Source of the DNA: Raja brachyura
Lineage: Eukaryota
Direction: 5' to 3'
DNA length: 64,000 nucleotides
Assembly (NCBI GenBank): GCA_963514005.1
Contig: OY740786.1
Location: forward strand, 18,910,001 to 18,974,000
Shown: positions 51,381 to 63,061 of the stretch, in pieces
Numbering within the stretch: position 1 is the stretch's first letter
Layout of the letters: each line of letters starts with the position of its first letter
Translations under genes and position numbers: made by a program
The notes under the pieces: model-generated
Told to the model about the DNA's origin: nothing
Database searches by the model: none
The model's input: the letters and a program-made list of their open reading frames with translations, nothing else

Positions 51381-53157
51381 ATGCATAGAAAAACCATTTC
51401 CCCCAATCTAGCGAGAACGCGTCCATCGCCATTGCCCCAGGATCTGGTTCCCATGATGCGTATGTTGGTACCTGATGGTTCAACCGTGACGCAAAAAGGT
51501 CAATATCCGGTTTACCAAATTTGGCTGTAATTTTGGTGAATATTTGGGAGTTCAACATCCACTCGATGTTGTCATTAAATTTCCGTGACCTGGTGTCCGC
51601 CACTGTGTTGAGCTTACCTGGTAAGAAGGTAGCTGAGATCCAAATATTCCGTTGAATACACCAGAGCCAAATTGTATTTGCCAATTCATCGCATGAAATT
51701 GACCTGGTACCGCCCATATGATTCAGATATGCCACCGCAGTGGTGTTGTCTATTTGGAGACGGACATGAGTGTCAGTAATGTTTGAACAATAAGCTCTTA
51801 GTCCGTGGAATGCTCCCAGCATCTCCAAATAGTTTATCCCCTGTGCTGACAACAGAGTAGCTTCAAGTGAGTCCCATCTACCTCCACAACTGGTGTTGTT
51901 GTCCGTAGCTCCCCAGCCATGGGAGCTTGCGTCTGTTTGTAAGTATACCACCGGACGAGGCACAATGATGGGTTTGAATGAGTTATGGATATTGCCAATC
52001 CACCATTGCAACTCAATTTTTGCCTTGAGCGGCAGCTGCATAGGTCTATCAAAATGTCCAGCATTTGATTTTAATGCTGCTATTTTTGATCTTTGCAAAT
52101 TTTGATAATGTAAAGGTCCAAATTGAGCAGCTGGAAAGACTGCTACAATTTTCCCAATTACCTTGGCAGTTTGTCTAATTGACGGTATTCTGGCGCAGAC
52201 CAGATTCTTACATGCTTGAAACACATCCCCAACTTTATTAGTTGGTATGGTGGTGATCATGCGATTGGCGTCTACCGTGAACCCCAGGTAGTCCATGATC
52301 TGTGCGGGGAAGAACTTTGATTTGTCTGGATGGATAATAAATCCCATTTTTTGAAAAATGTCCACTGTGGCTGAAACTGCCAATTCTGCTGACTCCAGTG
52401 TATGTCCAATTATCAGAATGTCATCCAAATAAGCCATGACCGTATGATTTTGCCTCCTTAGTGTAGCTAGTACTGGCTTGAGTAGTTTAGTGAACAGTCT
52501 GGGGGCTGTGGTATGCCCATTGGGTAATGCTTTGTATTGCCAAAGCTGATCCATCCAGATAAACTTCAAGAACTTTCTGTGATGTTTCCGAATGGATACT
52601 GAATAGTATGCATCTTTTAAATCAATGCATGCCATGAAGCAGCCCTTCGAAATCAAAGATTTGGCTGTTTCGAACGTGTCCATTTTGAAATGAGTATATT
52701 TTACAAAGGTATTCAAGTGAGTTAAATCTATAATGACCCGACATCCACCATCTTTTTTGGTTTTAGTAAATATATTAGATACGAATTCAATTGGTTCATG
52801 TGTGGTTCTTTCTATCACCCCTTTCTCTTGTAATCTCAAGATTTCAGCATAGCCTTCTGCTGATTCCTTTTTGGAAAGTGCAAATTTGCGATTTGGCATA
52901 TGCTGAGGTGGAGGCAATTGGCCATTAATAAACTCAATTTCATAACCCTGAATACTTTGTAAGATAAACTCATCTGAGGTGATGGTTTCCCATGCCTCCT
53001 TAAATCCCCGTAGTCTGCCCCCAACCTGTGAGGTTAGACATGCAAGTGCATGGAATCCAGACCGCCTTACCTTCATGGTTATCGGTGGTCCCTGATATGT
53101 TTGGTGGGACGTGGAGGTGCTGGGTTGCGTTGTTGATGTGGAGTCCGCATTTTCCAT
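51262..53157 (-). CDS. DIRS ORF2: reverse transcriptase, RNase H and start of the Dam-like methyltransferase
   Basis: VGGRL, IDLKDAY, YLDD (RT); TDAS, INYLE, IDNTTAVAY, PGKLNTVAD (RNase H); DLFASRLNHQ (MT); leaves the MT frame after FYAF. Confidence 0.95.
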   Translation of the reverse strand: MENADSTSTTQPSTSTSHQTYQGPPITMKVRRSGFHALACLTSQVGGRLRGFKEAWETITSDEFILQSIQGYEIEFINGQLPPPQHMPNRKFALSKKESAEGYAEILRLQEKGVIERTTHEPIEFVSNIFTKTKKDGGCRVIIDLTHLNTFVKYTHFKMDTFETAKSLISKGCFMACIDLKDAYYSVSIRKHHRKFLKFIWMDQLWQYKALPNGHTTAPRLFTKLLKPVLATLRRQNHTVMAYLDDILIIGHTLESAELAVSATVDIFQKMGFIIHPDKSKFFPAQIMDYLGFTVDANRMITTIPTNKVGDVFQACKNLVCARIPSIRQTAKVIGKIVAVFPAAQFGPLHYQNLQRSKIAALKSNAGHFDRPMQLPLKAKIELQWWIGNIHNSFKPIIVPRPVVYLQTDASSHGWGATDNNTSCGGRWDSLEATLLSAQGINYLEMLGAFHGLRAYCSNITDTHVRLQIDNTTAVAYLNHMGGTRSISCDELANTIWLWCIQRNIWISATFLPGKLNTVADTRSRKFNDNIEWMLNSQIFTKITAKFGKPDIDLFASRLNHQVPTYASWEPDPGAMAMDAFSLDWGKWFFYAFLHFASSVGYCGKSSSMLLRASLSYPTGLRSHGIRWSLE

Positions 53158-54845
53158 GCTGGCCGCTGAGGGCCTAGTCCTAAAAAAGGCCTGGGCTGAG
53201 GAGGCTGTCGATATTGAGGAGGCGCCGGAATGTAGGTCCTTGCTGGCCTGTCGGTTTGACCTCGCGGCCTAAAATAAGGTGTTTTCTTGGCCGGAAGTCT
53301 GGTCACAGTATGTGATCTCATCAGACCCACTGTTTTAGCATGGTCATCTAGGTCTTTGACCTGCTTCGGGAGGTCTTCTCCGAACAGCTGTCTGGGTGGT
53401 GGTGTAGGAGGTGCTCTGCATAGTCCCGCAAATTTGGGGTTCAATGAAGGTTTAATTATGCTTTTCCTGAAAGCGTTGATTTCGTACTGCGTATTACAAA
53501 GCAGTGCTAGAGCATCCTCCTGTTCGGTGTTTAAATCAACTCCGTCCACTGACCTTGCAAAAGCGGTAATCCCAGACGTAAGTAGTTTCAGGATTCTCTG
53601 CAGTTTCACTTCCTGCGCTCTGATGCCCGGGCTGATATTGCCCCAGATTGGCATGTTTACAATCGGCACGTTGAGTGAATTGCAATTTCCTGGAGCCTTG
53701 TGTCTTTCCATGGCCTTCGCAAGGACCTCCTCCTGTAGCTGGTGGTTCGTGAGGTAATCTATGGTCGCGGCCAGTTTAGTGTTGAGGGGTTGTCCTGAAG
53801 ATACGGGTAACCCGAACTTGGCTGCCACATCCAGGAGCTCTTCCTGGGGGACCTCAGGTACTGCTGGGGCATGTACCAGGATCTCCTCCTCTTCTGGCCT
53901 CATGCTGTCCATAGATGGTGATGGGGATATGTCCATAAGTCCCCTGGAACTGTGAGCGTCCTGTCTTTGATTTAGTAGGACTTGTTCCAATATCCTCTCC
54001 ATACGGTCCAAGCGCCCTTCATCGTGCATGTATGGGCGGTTAGAGTCCTCATGCCTGAAGGAACTACTGAGGCTCCCGTCGTCGGCCCGTACCTCGTCGA
54101 GGTAATATCGGTGCCGTGACGATGTGTCGCTACCAGCCGCCTCGGCGAAGCTGAGCGATTCCCACGCGGATCTGCTCAAGCGCCTCCTTTTCGCTGAGCT
54201 GCATCCGGCTGCCTCTGAGGGCATAGGTGGGGAGAGGTCGGCACCCAACGCCGCAGCGTGGTGACCCGACATCCGCGCGGGCTTGCCGACTGTCCTTGAT
54301 CTGGACCCAGACGGCGTACGGTCCCGACCCGCCCCCAGCGGGGGAAGCGGTGACCGTGACGAGACTCCACCCGCGTGACTCCTCCTGGTCCCCCTGGGTG
54401 GTGAGTCCATGCTGGCCCTCCTTGGTCTGCCAGTGGATTCGGGTCTCGCCGATTCACCAGACCACATTCTGGTGGCTCCTGATGAGACCTCAGCCCTAGA
54501 AGGGCTAGGTAGTCGAGCTCTATCCCTGGTTCCTTCGAGAGGGCTCAGGGAGAAGGGCCGTGCGGCAGCACGCGGGTCCCTTTTGCTCGTCTCCGCCAAT
54601 GACCCAGTGGGTGACAGAGAAATGGAGTCAGGGTGCCCCTGCTCCGGCGCTGTACCGAGTTCTTGCTCTGCGGGACCCCCGCTAGAGCACAGCTGCGTCG
54701 GTGAACCGGGTCCTGTGATAACAGGGCTCCCCGATTTGCGCGCCTTTTTCCCGGCCCGTCCTACCGCTGTAGACGGGAACTCCGGGATGGGTGGCCGGCA
54801 ACTCCTTCCAGAAGTTCTGCGGCCCTTACTCCTTTTTACGTCCAT
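53079..54845 (-). CDS. DIRS ORF1 (gag-like), 588 aa from the ATG at 54845
   Basis: Uninterrupted ORF; S/P/R-rich N-terminus and a more conserved-looking C-terminal region (P.NC..L.VP.VN..IW; LFG.DL...VK); first ORF of the element. Confidence 0.85.
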   Translation of the reverse strand: MDVKRSKGRRTSGRSCRPPIPEFPSTAVGRAGKKARKSGSPVITGPGSPTQLCSSGGPAEQELGTAPEQGHPDSISLSPTGSLAETSKRDPRAAARPFSLSPLEGTRDRARLPSPSRAEVSSGATRMWSGESARPESTGRPRRASMDSPPRGTRRSHAGGVSSRSPLPPLGAGRDRTPSGSRSRTVGKPARMSGHHAAALGADLSPPMPSEAAGCSSAKRRRLSRSAWESLSFAEAAGSDTSSRHRYYLDEVRADDGSLSSSFRHEDSNRPYMHDEGRLDRMERILEQVLLNQRQDAHSSRGLMDISPSPSMDSMRPEEEEILVHAPAVPEVPQEELLDVAAKFGLPVSSGQPLNTKLAATIDYLTNHQLQEEVLAKAMERHKAPGNCNSLNVPIVNMPIWGNISPGIRAQEVKLQRILKLLTSGITAFARSVDGVDLNTEQEDALALLCNTQYEINAFRKSIIKPSLNPKFAGLCRAPPTPPPRQLFGEDLPKQVKDLDDHAKTVGLMRSHTVTRLPAKKTPYFRPRGQTDRPARTYIPAPPQYRQPPQPRPFLGLGPQRPAWKMRTPHQQRNPAPPRPTKHIRDHR

Positions 54846-56434
54846 GTCCCTGTGGGAGAAAACACAATTACTCACACAGGACAACCAACTCAAGGTTGTC
54901 TATACTTACCTGAGTGGCCCTTATGAAGGGCTGGTGGTGAGCCGCGCTCCTCTCCAGCCGTCGGCTGCAATGCGAGCGACGATATGTCGCGCATGCTTGC
55001 TGGCGGGTTCTTCACGAAGTCACTCACGTGACTCCGAAATGAAATTACTTCAGAATTGGCTACAAATACAAAGTCAATGTGTACAAAATTTTGCCTAATG
55101 ATGTTATAAAACACCAATCAAAAGTAATAGCGATTTATATTAGTAAGACTGGCTGCAACCCATGCTATCAGTCAAAGAAACTGCCAAAGAAATTACTTAA
55201 TTTTCAGCCAGGCTGCCCAACTGGAACAATGTAGACTACGGCTAGTAGCTGGCACCATCGAGAAGCCCAGGTTTTGGGGTGCAGCTAAGCTGCCTGTTGT
55301 AGGCAGATGGGGTTCTTGTGCATTTTTAAATCGTGGCTCCTGATGCTGTAATTTGGGGCCCTGTGTTGTTTTACATCAGAAATGCATAAATCCTGTAGAG
55401 ATTCGGAGCCACCATTAAAACCTGGTAGCAATCGGGATCAGAACGGGCAAGTACAGATAAAGAAGAATTTTAAGGTCTAACATGTCAGCCAGGGGATGTT
55501 CAAATGGGCATCCCAGAAGCACAATAATCTCCCTCTTCCCTGGCCTTGATGGTCAAGAACACTGCCAAACGTTCACCCCATTTGGGACATTTCCTTGGCT
55601 TTCTGGTCGCAATTTAACTTTCCTTTCCACATTTCCACATGGGGCAGTATTTAATATTTAATCAATGGAGTCAAAATTGTCCAAGCAATAGACAATAGAC
55701 AATAGACAATAGACAATAGGTGCAGGAGCCACGCATTAGCGCTATTACTGGCTCCATTATTTGACACATCATGGTCTTGATTGTGGTTAAAAGCAGTCTG
55801 GTGTTTTAGTGAATGGCCAATATAGGAATTATGCTGTTCTAACCGCATGTAACCCCCCCATTCACGTCAGATAGAATCCCTTTCTAATCTGCGTACAAAC
55901 AGCTGAAGATCTGTGCTGTCCAAAGCCCAAAGGAACAGCTTGTCATCTGTCTTTTTGTGTGATGTTCAGACATAGTCACCATTAACATCAGATAATTATA
56001 AGCCACCAATGTGGGAAGCATTGAATCACATCCTAGATTAATAATTATCCACTGTGACTGAGGTTAGAGACTCAATGAAAATCAAAAGCATTGTGGAGTG
56101 CACAAAGCAGGAATTTTGCAATTTCTGCTGCCTTTATATTTAGAACCACTTCAAAGGAAGTCATTCAGTAATAGGCTGGGATTCCTCCTGATGTTTATTC
56201 CCACTTCACTGCTGCACCTAGTTGTCAGATCTTCTGCAATCACCAAACAGTAACATGCCTGCTACTTGACACCAAAGACAGGACTGGGTGCCAACAGGAG
56301 AGTGATTGCTTAGTGGTCCAAAAAATAATGGCTTTGCTTTGGCTGTTTTTCATCTGAAATTACCACGGCTCTTGTATTGGGAGACATAATAGAGAATGAT
56401 CTATTCTCTAGCATGGATTATTTGCAAGCTATTG

Positions 56435-57050
56435 TGGCACAGCGGCGCAGAGGTAAAATTTCAGGATTACGGCGTCAGAGGTCCAGGTTCTATCCTGACT
56501 AGGGTGCTGTCTGTACAGAGTTGTACATTTTTCCTGTGAACCACATGGGTTTTCTCCAGGTGCTCCGGTTTCCTCCCACACTCCAAAGACGTACAGGTTT
56601 GTAGGTTAATTGGCTTTGGTAAAGTTGTAAAATTGTCCCTAGTGTGTAAGATAGACAATAGACAATAGACAATAGGTGCACGAGTAGGTCCTTCGGCCCT
56701 TCAAGCCAGCACCGCCATTCAATGTGATCATGGCCGATCATCCACAATCAGTACGCCATTCCTCCCTACTCCCCATATCCCCTGCTATCTTTAAGAGCCC
56801 TATCTAGCTCTCTCTTGAACGTATCCAGAGAACCAGCCTCCACCGCCCTCTGAGGCAGAGAATACCACAGACTCACAACTCTCTGTGTGAAAAAGTGTTT
56901 TCTCGTCTCCATTCTAAATGGCTTACTCCTTATTCTTAAACTGTGGCCCCTGGTTCTGGATCATGTTAGTGTACAGGGTGATTGCTGCTTGGCGCGGGCT
57001 CTTTGGGCCGAATAACCTGTTATCTCTAACTGTATCTCTAAAGTCTAAAG
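56435..57050 (+). mobile_element. SINE interrupted by a minus-strand CR1 3' end (about 56650-56960)
   Basis: SINE body breaks at GTGTGTAAGAT; (AGACAAT)n CR1 tail follows; SINE resumes at GTTAGTGTACAGG. Confidence 0.72.
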
Positions 57051-59189
57051 ATAGCAAATCTTTTTTGTTTGCATTTGATGGAGGTAGCATTAGCCTAACT
57101 GCCATTGAACTTTGGTCCTTCTAGGGACAGTTTAAGTTAATTTACTTTGGAGATATAGCATGGAAAAGAGTTGAGTTGACTTCGACCATCAATCACTCAT
57201 TCACACGAGTTCAATGTTATCCCACCTTCACATCCACACCGTGCATGCTGGGAACAATGAACAGAAGCCAATTAACCAACAAGCCCGCATGTCTTTATGA
57301 TGTGGGAGGAAACAAGAGCACCCAGAGAAAACCCAGAGAAAACCCAGAGAGCACTCAGAGAGAACATAGCAACTACACACAGACTGCACCCGAGGTCAGG
57401 ATTGAACTGTGGTTACTAGCATTGTGAGCTAACATCTCTAATAGCTGTGCACCCTAGGAGTTGACTACCTAAGCAGCTTAAAGCTTAAATAACCTACAAC
57501 CAACTATTGTGTAACCTGGCAAGGTGTCCCACCGAATGGTTGGGATCATTAGGAACAGGAGGAGGCAAACTTGCATCTCTATCCTGCTTTGCCAGCACCA
57601 TTTTCTTATCTGGTGCATTTCTACCGGTGCTGCCCTTTAACAAAAAAAAATCGATCTTCATTCTTAAACCTCAAATGCAAAGTGTCTTCAGCAAGTGTAC
57701 TTTACATGACATGCATTCCATTGAAAGACTGTATAAGAACATTCCCTCCATATTTAAACAGCCTGGGTCATTTCCTTGGTTTCTCAGTAGCCACCTAATC
57801 TCCAGACTGTGCACAAAGATGCACTGGTTGTCTTGGACTCTTTGCAAAAAGATTGCACTTCACACACAAAGAGACTGAAACAGCACCCTGTTCCCACGCC
57901 AGTTGATTCTCACTTATACATTAAATCAAAATTCTATTCTAAAAATACAACACTTTAATACTAAGTAGTTCTGATCAGAGGTGTAAATAACTTATGACAC
58001 ATCATAAACGGTTTCTTATGTCTGATGCTGTATCTACAAGGCACTGTTGCCAAATTCAACAATAATTATGCCATCACCCATCCAAACCAGCAATCATGTT
58101 GTTTAACAATCTACTTTAACCAATTTAAACTTTGTTGCAATAAGCAAATTAAATTATTGGTATTGTTGTTGGTTATTTATTGTAGTTTTTGTAGATTAAC
58201 CCTTATTAATTCATGCCATTTATAACCTTTACCACACATATGTGCATGCCACCCTTCACATGGTATTACAGTACTACACAAGGACAGTCAACTGGCTCTC
58301 TTTCCCTCTCTCAAACAAGCCAGCGGTGCCAGACGCGAGCAGCCGGCTGTGTGAATGTTCCTGTTTGACTATGGAATAAACATGTGTGTGTTGTGGATCA
58401 CTTATAAACAGTTTTGTCTATGTACTATCTAGTCAATTAGAATAATTCTATACAAACGTACAATCAACGTACAGGAGGATATTTCCACCTCACGCTACCT
58501 CAGCAGAGCCACTAAAATCATCAAAGACTCCACACACCCCGGTCACCACCTTTTTGAACTGTTGCCCTCTGGCAGGCGTTACAGGTCAGCCAAAACACGC
58601 ACCTCCAGACTCAGAGACAGTTTCTTCCCCAAAGCAATCTTCACACTCAACACGAAAAAACACTGAGTATTATTTTAGTTTTACTATCACCATGTACAGT
58701 ACTGATTACTTACTTATTTTAATACCTAATTTTTAACATTGTTTTTAAATTGTGCCCTGTGTTTTTATGTTTGTATATTATGCACCAATGGAGTGGCAAC
58801 AATTATTTCGTTGCATGCAGTACTTACAACGACAAATAAATGCAAAAAAAACACAAAAAAAACCTATACACAGTGCTGCGGGTAGTGCAAAAAGAAAAAT
58901 ATCAGAGTACAGCATCTAGTTTTACAGCATTGTAGCATTACAGTTAATGAGAAAAAGTCTGAGATGAGGTAGGATGGAAGATTGGAAGGACCGTTCAGTA
59001 CTCTGATAACAGAGGGGAAGAACCTATTCCTGAATGTGGTGGTACGTGCTTCTGTGATACAACCTTTTGTATCTTTTGCCCGTTGGGAGAGAGGTGATCA
59101 AGGTGGAAAAGGCCCTTGATTATATTGGCCTCATTCCCGAGGCAGCGTGGAGTGTAGATGGAGTTGATGTTGTAGATGGGGTTGTGAAA

Positions 59190-60010
59190 GATTGCAGCAG
59201 GATCTTGATCGATTGGCCAGGTGGGCTGCAGAATGGTTGATGGAATTTAATACAGAGAAATGTGAGGTGTTGCATTTTGGGACATCTAACAAGGGCAGAA
59301 CCTACACAGTGAATGGTATGCCTCTGGAGAGTGTTGCAGAGCAGAGGGATCTAGGAATGCAGGTGCATGGTTCCTTGAAGGTTGAGTCACAAATAAAGAA
59401 GGTGGTCAAAAGACTTTTGGTACATTGGCCTTCATCAGTCAGAGTATTTGAGTATAGAAGTTGGGAGATCATGTTGCAGTTGTATAAGACGTTGGTGAGA
59501 TCACATTTAGAGTATTGTGTTCAGTGCTGGACACCATGTTATAGGAAAGATGTTGTCAAGCTTGAGAGGGCTCAGAGAAGATTTACGAGGATGTTGCCAG
59601 GACTAGAGGGTCTGAGCTATAGGCAGACGTTGAGCAGGCTGGGTCTCTATTCCTTGGAGTGCAGGAGGATGAGGGGGGTCTTACAGAGGTGCATAAGATC
59701 ATGAGAGGAATAGATTAGGTAGATGCACAGAATCTCTTGCCCAGAGTAGGGGAATCAAGGACCAGAGAACATAGGTTCAAGGTGAAGGGGAAAGATTTAA
59801 TAGGAATCTGAGGGGTAACGTTTTCACACAAAGGGTGGTTGGTGTATGGAACAAGCTGCCAGAGGAGGTAGTTTAAGAAACAGTTGGACAGGTACATGGA
59901 TAGGAGAGGTTTGGAGGGATATGGACCAAACGCAGGCAGGTGGGACCAGTGTAGCAGGGACATGTTGGCCGGTGTGGAGTAAGTCTGCACACTGTATCAC
60001 TCTATGACTC
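59190..60010 (+). mobile_element. CR1 LINE 3' fragment
   Basis: LQQDLDRL..WA..WLMEFN.EKCEVLHFG, RSHLEYCVQ, ACTCTATG tail. Confidence 0.88.
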
Positions 60011-61927
60011 CTTGGGCATGCATGCCTCTGGTCATCTATCCTGGGTCCATCACATTGATGTAATTAGAAAGCTCATCTTTTCTTCTTCTGGGGTTTGAGA
60101 AGGTTCAGCATACCGCTGAATACTCTCGCAAACTTCCACAGGTGTATGCTGGAGAGTGCACTGACTGCTTGCAAATGGTTTGGTTACTGGAACACTGTGG
60201 TGTAGACGTTGAGTTGCTGCCTTACAACACCAGAGTCCCGTGTTCGATCCTGACTACAGGTGCTGTCTTTATGGAGTTGATAGGAAGAGACCTACCAATG
60301 TGCTTGCCTTGTAACTAGCCGAACAAACTATTCAGATATAGACAGATCATCACCACTTTTTCAAAGACCACGAATGTCTTTCATGTGATGTCCAGATCCT
60401 GAAAATGAATAAGCAAAAACATTGTTGGTGCTCTCCAAAGGATTAATTGTGCTGGATAGTGGGAAGGAAATAGAGAACTTATAACTTTTTCGAAAGAGTC
60501 AGCCTCTGTCCTCTTGTCTTAAAATCATAGTCCCAGCCTATCCAAATTATCCCTATAACTCAAGTCAGCAAGCCCAATTAACATTCTGGTGAATCTCCTC
60601 TCCACCCTTCCAACTTAAAGCCATTGTTCTAAGGATGTTCTGCCTATCAGAAACTGGACTACATCCAACACTCTTTGCAATTTCTTGTGGTCTTGTGCAG
60701 AAATGTCCCCAAACCATGCAGTGATGACACCCAATAGTATGCTTGCTACGGTACATCTGTAGAAATTGGTAAGAGTTGTTGGATTCATGCAGATTTTCCT
60801 ACCCATTATGCCACTAGGTCCTCCCGCCAGTAAATCACCATGGCTCTCCCCATTAATTATATGGAACTAAAGAGTAATAAGGATGTGCATTTTCATGTAT
60901 CGCTTCTAACAAGTGAGAGGTGACTTAGTGCTCTTTGCAATGAGGAAGAAATGATAAGAGTAGGAAATAAGCACAAGGGAGGAAACCTCCTTGAAATCTG
61001 TTTGACCCACACACGTTGTTCAGATGCATCTTCAAACTCACAGTCAAACTGCTGACTCATAATTTGCACTGCAGGGCACCTCACAAACCATAAAGTCCTT
61101 AAGCAGACATAAAGAACTGCAGATACTGGAATCTTGCGTAGAACACAATGTGCTGTATTAACTCAGCAGGTCAGGCAGCATCTATGGAGGACGTGGACAG
61201 GCAACATTTTAGGTCGGGACTATTTATTAGACTGATTGCAGTAGGAGGGAGAAAGCCAGAAGAGAGGTGGTGGGGGGGGACGGACGGACGGACAAAGCTT
61301 GGCAAGTGATAGGTGGATACAGGTGAGGGGAGGATTGATCAGCAGATGGGTGAACAAAGGCTACAGATGAAAAGGAGACAACATGGGGCTAAAGGAGACA
61401 AAAGAGTTTCAGATAAGGAGAGACGAGGAGTGAGAGGAGTGAAATATTAATCCAGAGGGAGGGATATAGATGGAAGGGAATGGGGGGGTGTGGGGAAGGG
61501 GGTAGTTGGGTGGGGGTGGGGATGGGGGAGTCCAAAAGCACTTTGACATGGGTAACAGATGCTGAGATTACCAGTATTTCACCCACACTCTAATGACATA
61601 TAGGTTTGTAGGTTAATTAGCTTTGGTAAAGATTGTAAATTTGTCTCTAGTGTGTAGGATGGTGCTAATGTACAGTGATTGCTGGTCGGCACGGACTTGG
61701 TGGGCTGTAGGCCTGTTTCCGCTGGCTCTTCCTTGGTTCACCCAGGGAACCAGCTCCAAAGAAACGCATGGAAAACCTACAGTTATTTATAGAAGGAAAC
61801 CAAAGCACTGAATGCAAACATAGATTTGTGCATAAATTATTTTTAATCCTTGTTTGATGCCCAAAGACAGTACCCTCACCATTACTACGACAGTCCTGTT
61901 GTGTATGGAAGATTTATTGGGAAGAGT

Positions 61928-62228
61928 GGGCGGCACGGTGGTGCAGTGGTAGAGTTGCTGCCTTACAGCGCCAGAGACCCAGGTTTGATTCTTACTAAGG
62001 GCGCTTGTCTGTACGGAGTTTGCACGTTCTCCCCGTGACCTGCGTGGGTGTTCCCCAGAAGCTCTAGTTTCCTCCCACACTCCAAAGACATACAGGTTTA
62101 TAGGCTAATTGGCTTGGTATAATTATAAATTGTCTTTAGTGTGTGTAGGATAGTGTTGGTGTGTGGGGAGATCGCTGGTCGGCGTGGACTCGGTGGGCCG
62201 AATGGCCTCTGACCAAAACTGAAACTAA
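61928..62228 (+). mobile_element. tRNA-derived SINE
   Basis: Family head, body and tail. Confidence 0.82.
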
Positions 62229-63061
62229 GGTGAGTAATGTTCATTGCTATCTACCAGCTGTGGGCTTAGATTCAGATGCTGTCAAGTGCACAGTATCATA
62301 TTTATTTAACAGTGAAATCAACCCGTAACCACTTATTATAGATTCACTCCCAAGATGTCACTTTTGGCAGGTTTTTAAAAAATGAATTTCATTGTAATTA
62401 CTGGTGAGCCAAACGCAATTTCATCTACAGCCCACGGTTTGATATCTTTGACTCCCCAGGTATAAAAATAGCAATTGGAGATGCTACTGGGAATAATTAC
62501 AACAGTGACGTTACTGAATTTGTTTTCTTGCTTATCCAGTTTATCATGAGCAAAAAACACTAGCTTCGATACACCTAACTTGCATATGAAAATGACCGGC
62601 CGATGCAGGGGTTTTTCACTGGTTGCAAGAAGTACCAAAAAATCCCCAAGAGGGTCAATGAAAATATCAGCAAAATGTAACAAAAACAGGACTATGTTAT
62701 GGTGAGAAGCTCTCTGCAACCTTTTCCATGAAAAACAACAACCTCTCGATGACGAGTCATTTTCTTTATGGCTGCAAGGATGAATGTATACAGTTGGAAG
62801 TGATCATCTTTCTAACATCATCTGTTCACAGTCCATTTGTCGTTCTGGGGGCAGTTTAGAGTCAACCTTGTTGGTGCGTCTGAACATTGGAAGTAAGGGA
62901 AAACAGGCTATAAGGCCCCTGGAGCACGATCTGCCACTTCAGAAGACCATGGCTGAAATTAGGGTCAGCAAAGCTGTTTTCCTACCTGATCCCCACCTCT
63001 TCTTTTCTCCGATATCCAGACTTCTATCAATCGCCTGTTTCCACGCTGTATCTCCAAACTA

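Larger units (their letters stand above)
49685..55044 (-). mobile_element. Full-length DIRS1-like tyrosine-recombinase retrotransposon
   Basis: gag, RT/RNase H/MT and YR ORFs in DIRS order; inverted terminal repeats; internal complementary region joining both termini through TTT; AAA/TTT at both ends and no long TSD. Confidence 0.96.

Noticed and set aside
53287-55098. Plus-strand ORFs of 156 and 229 aa
   Set aside because: Antisense shadows of the GC-rich DIRS gag ORF; no recognisable domain.
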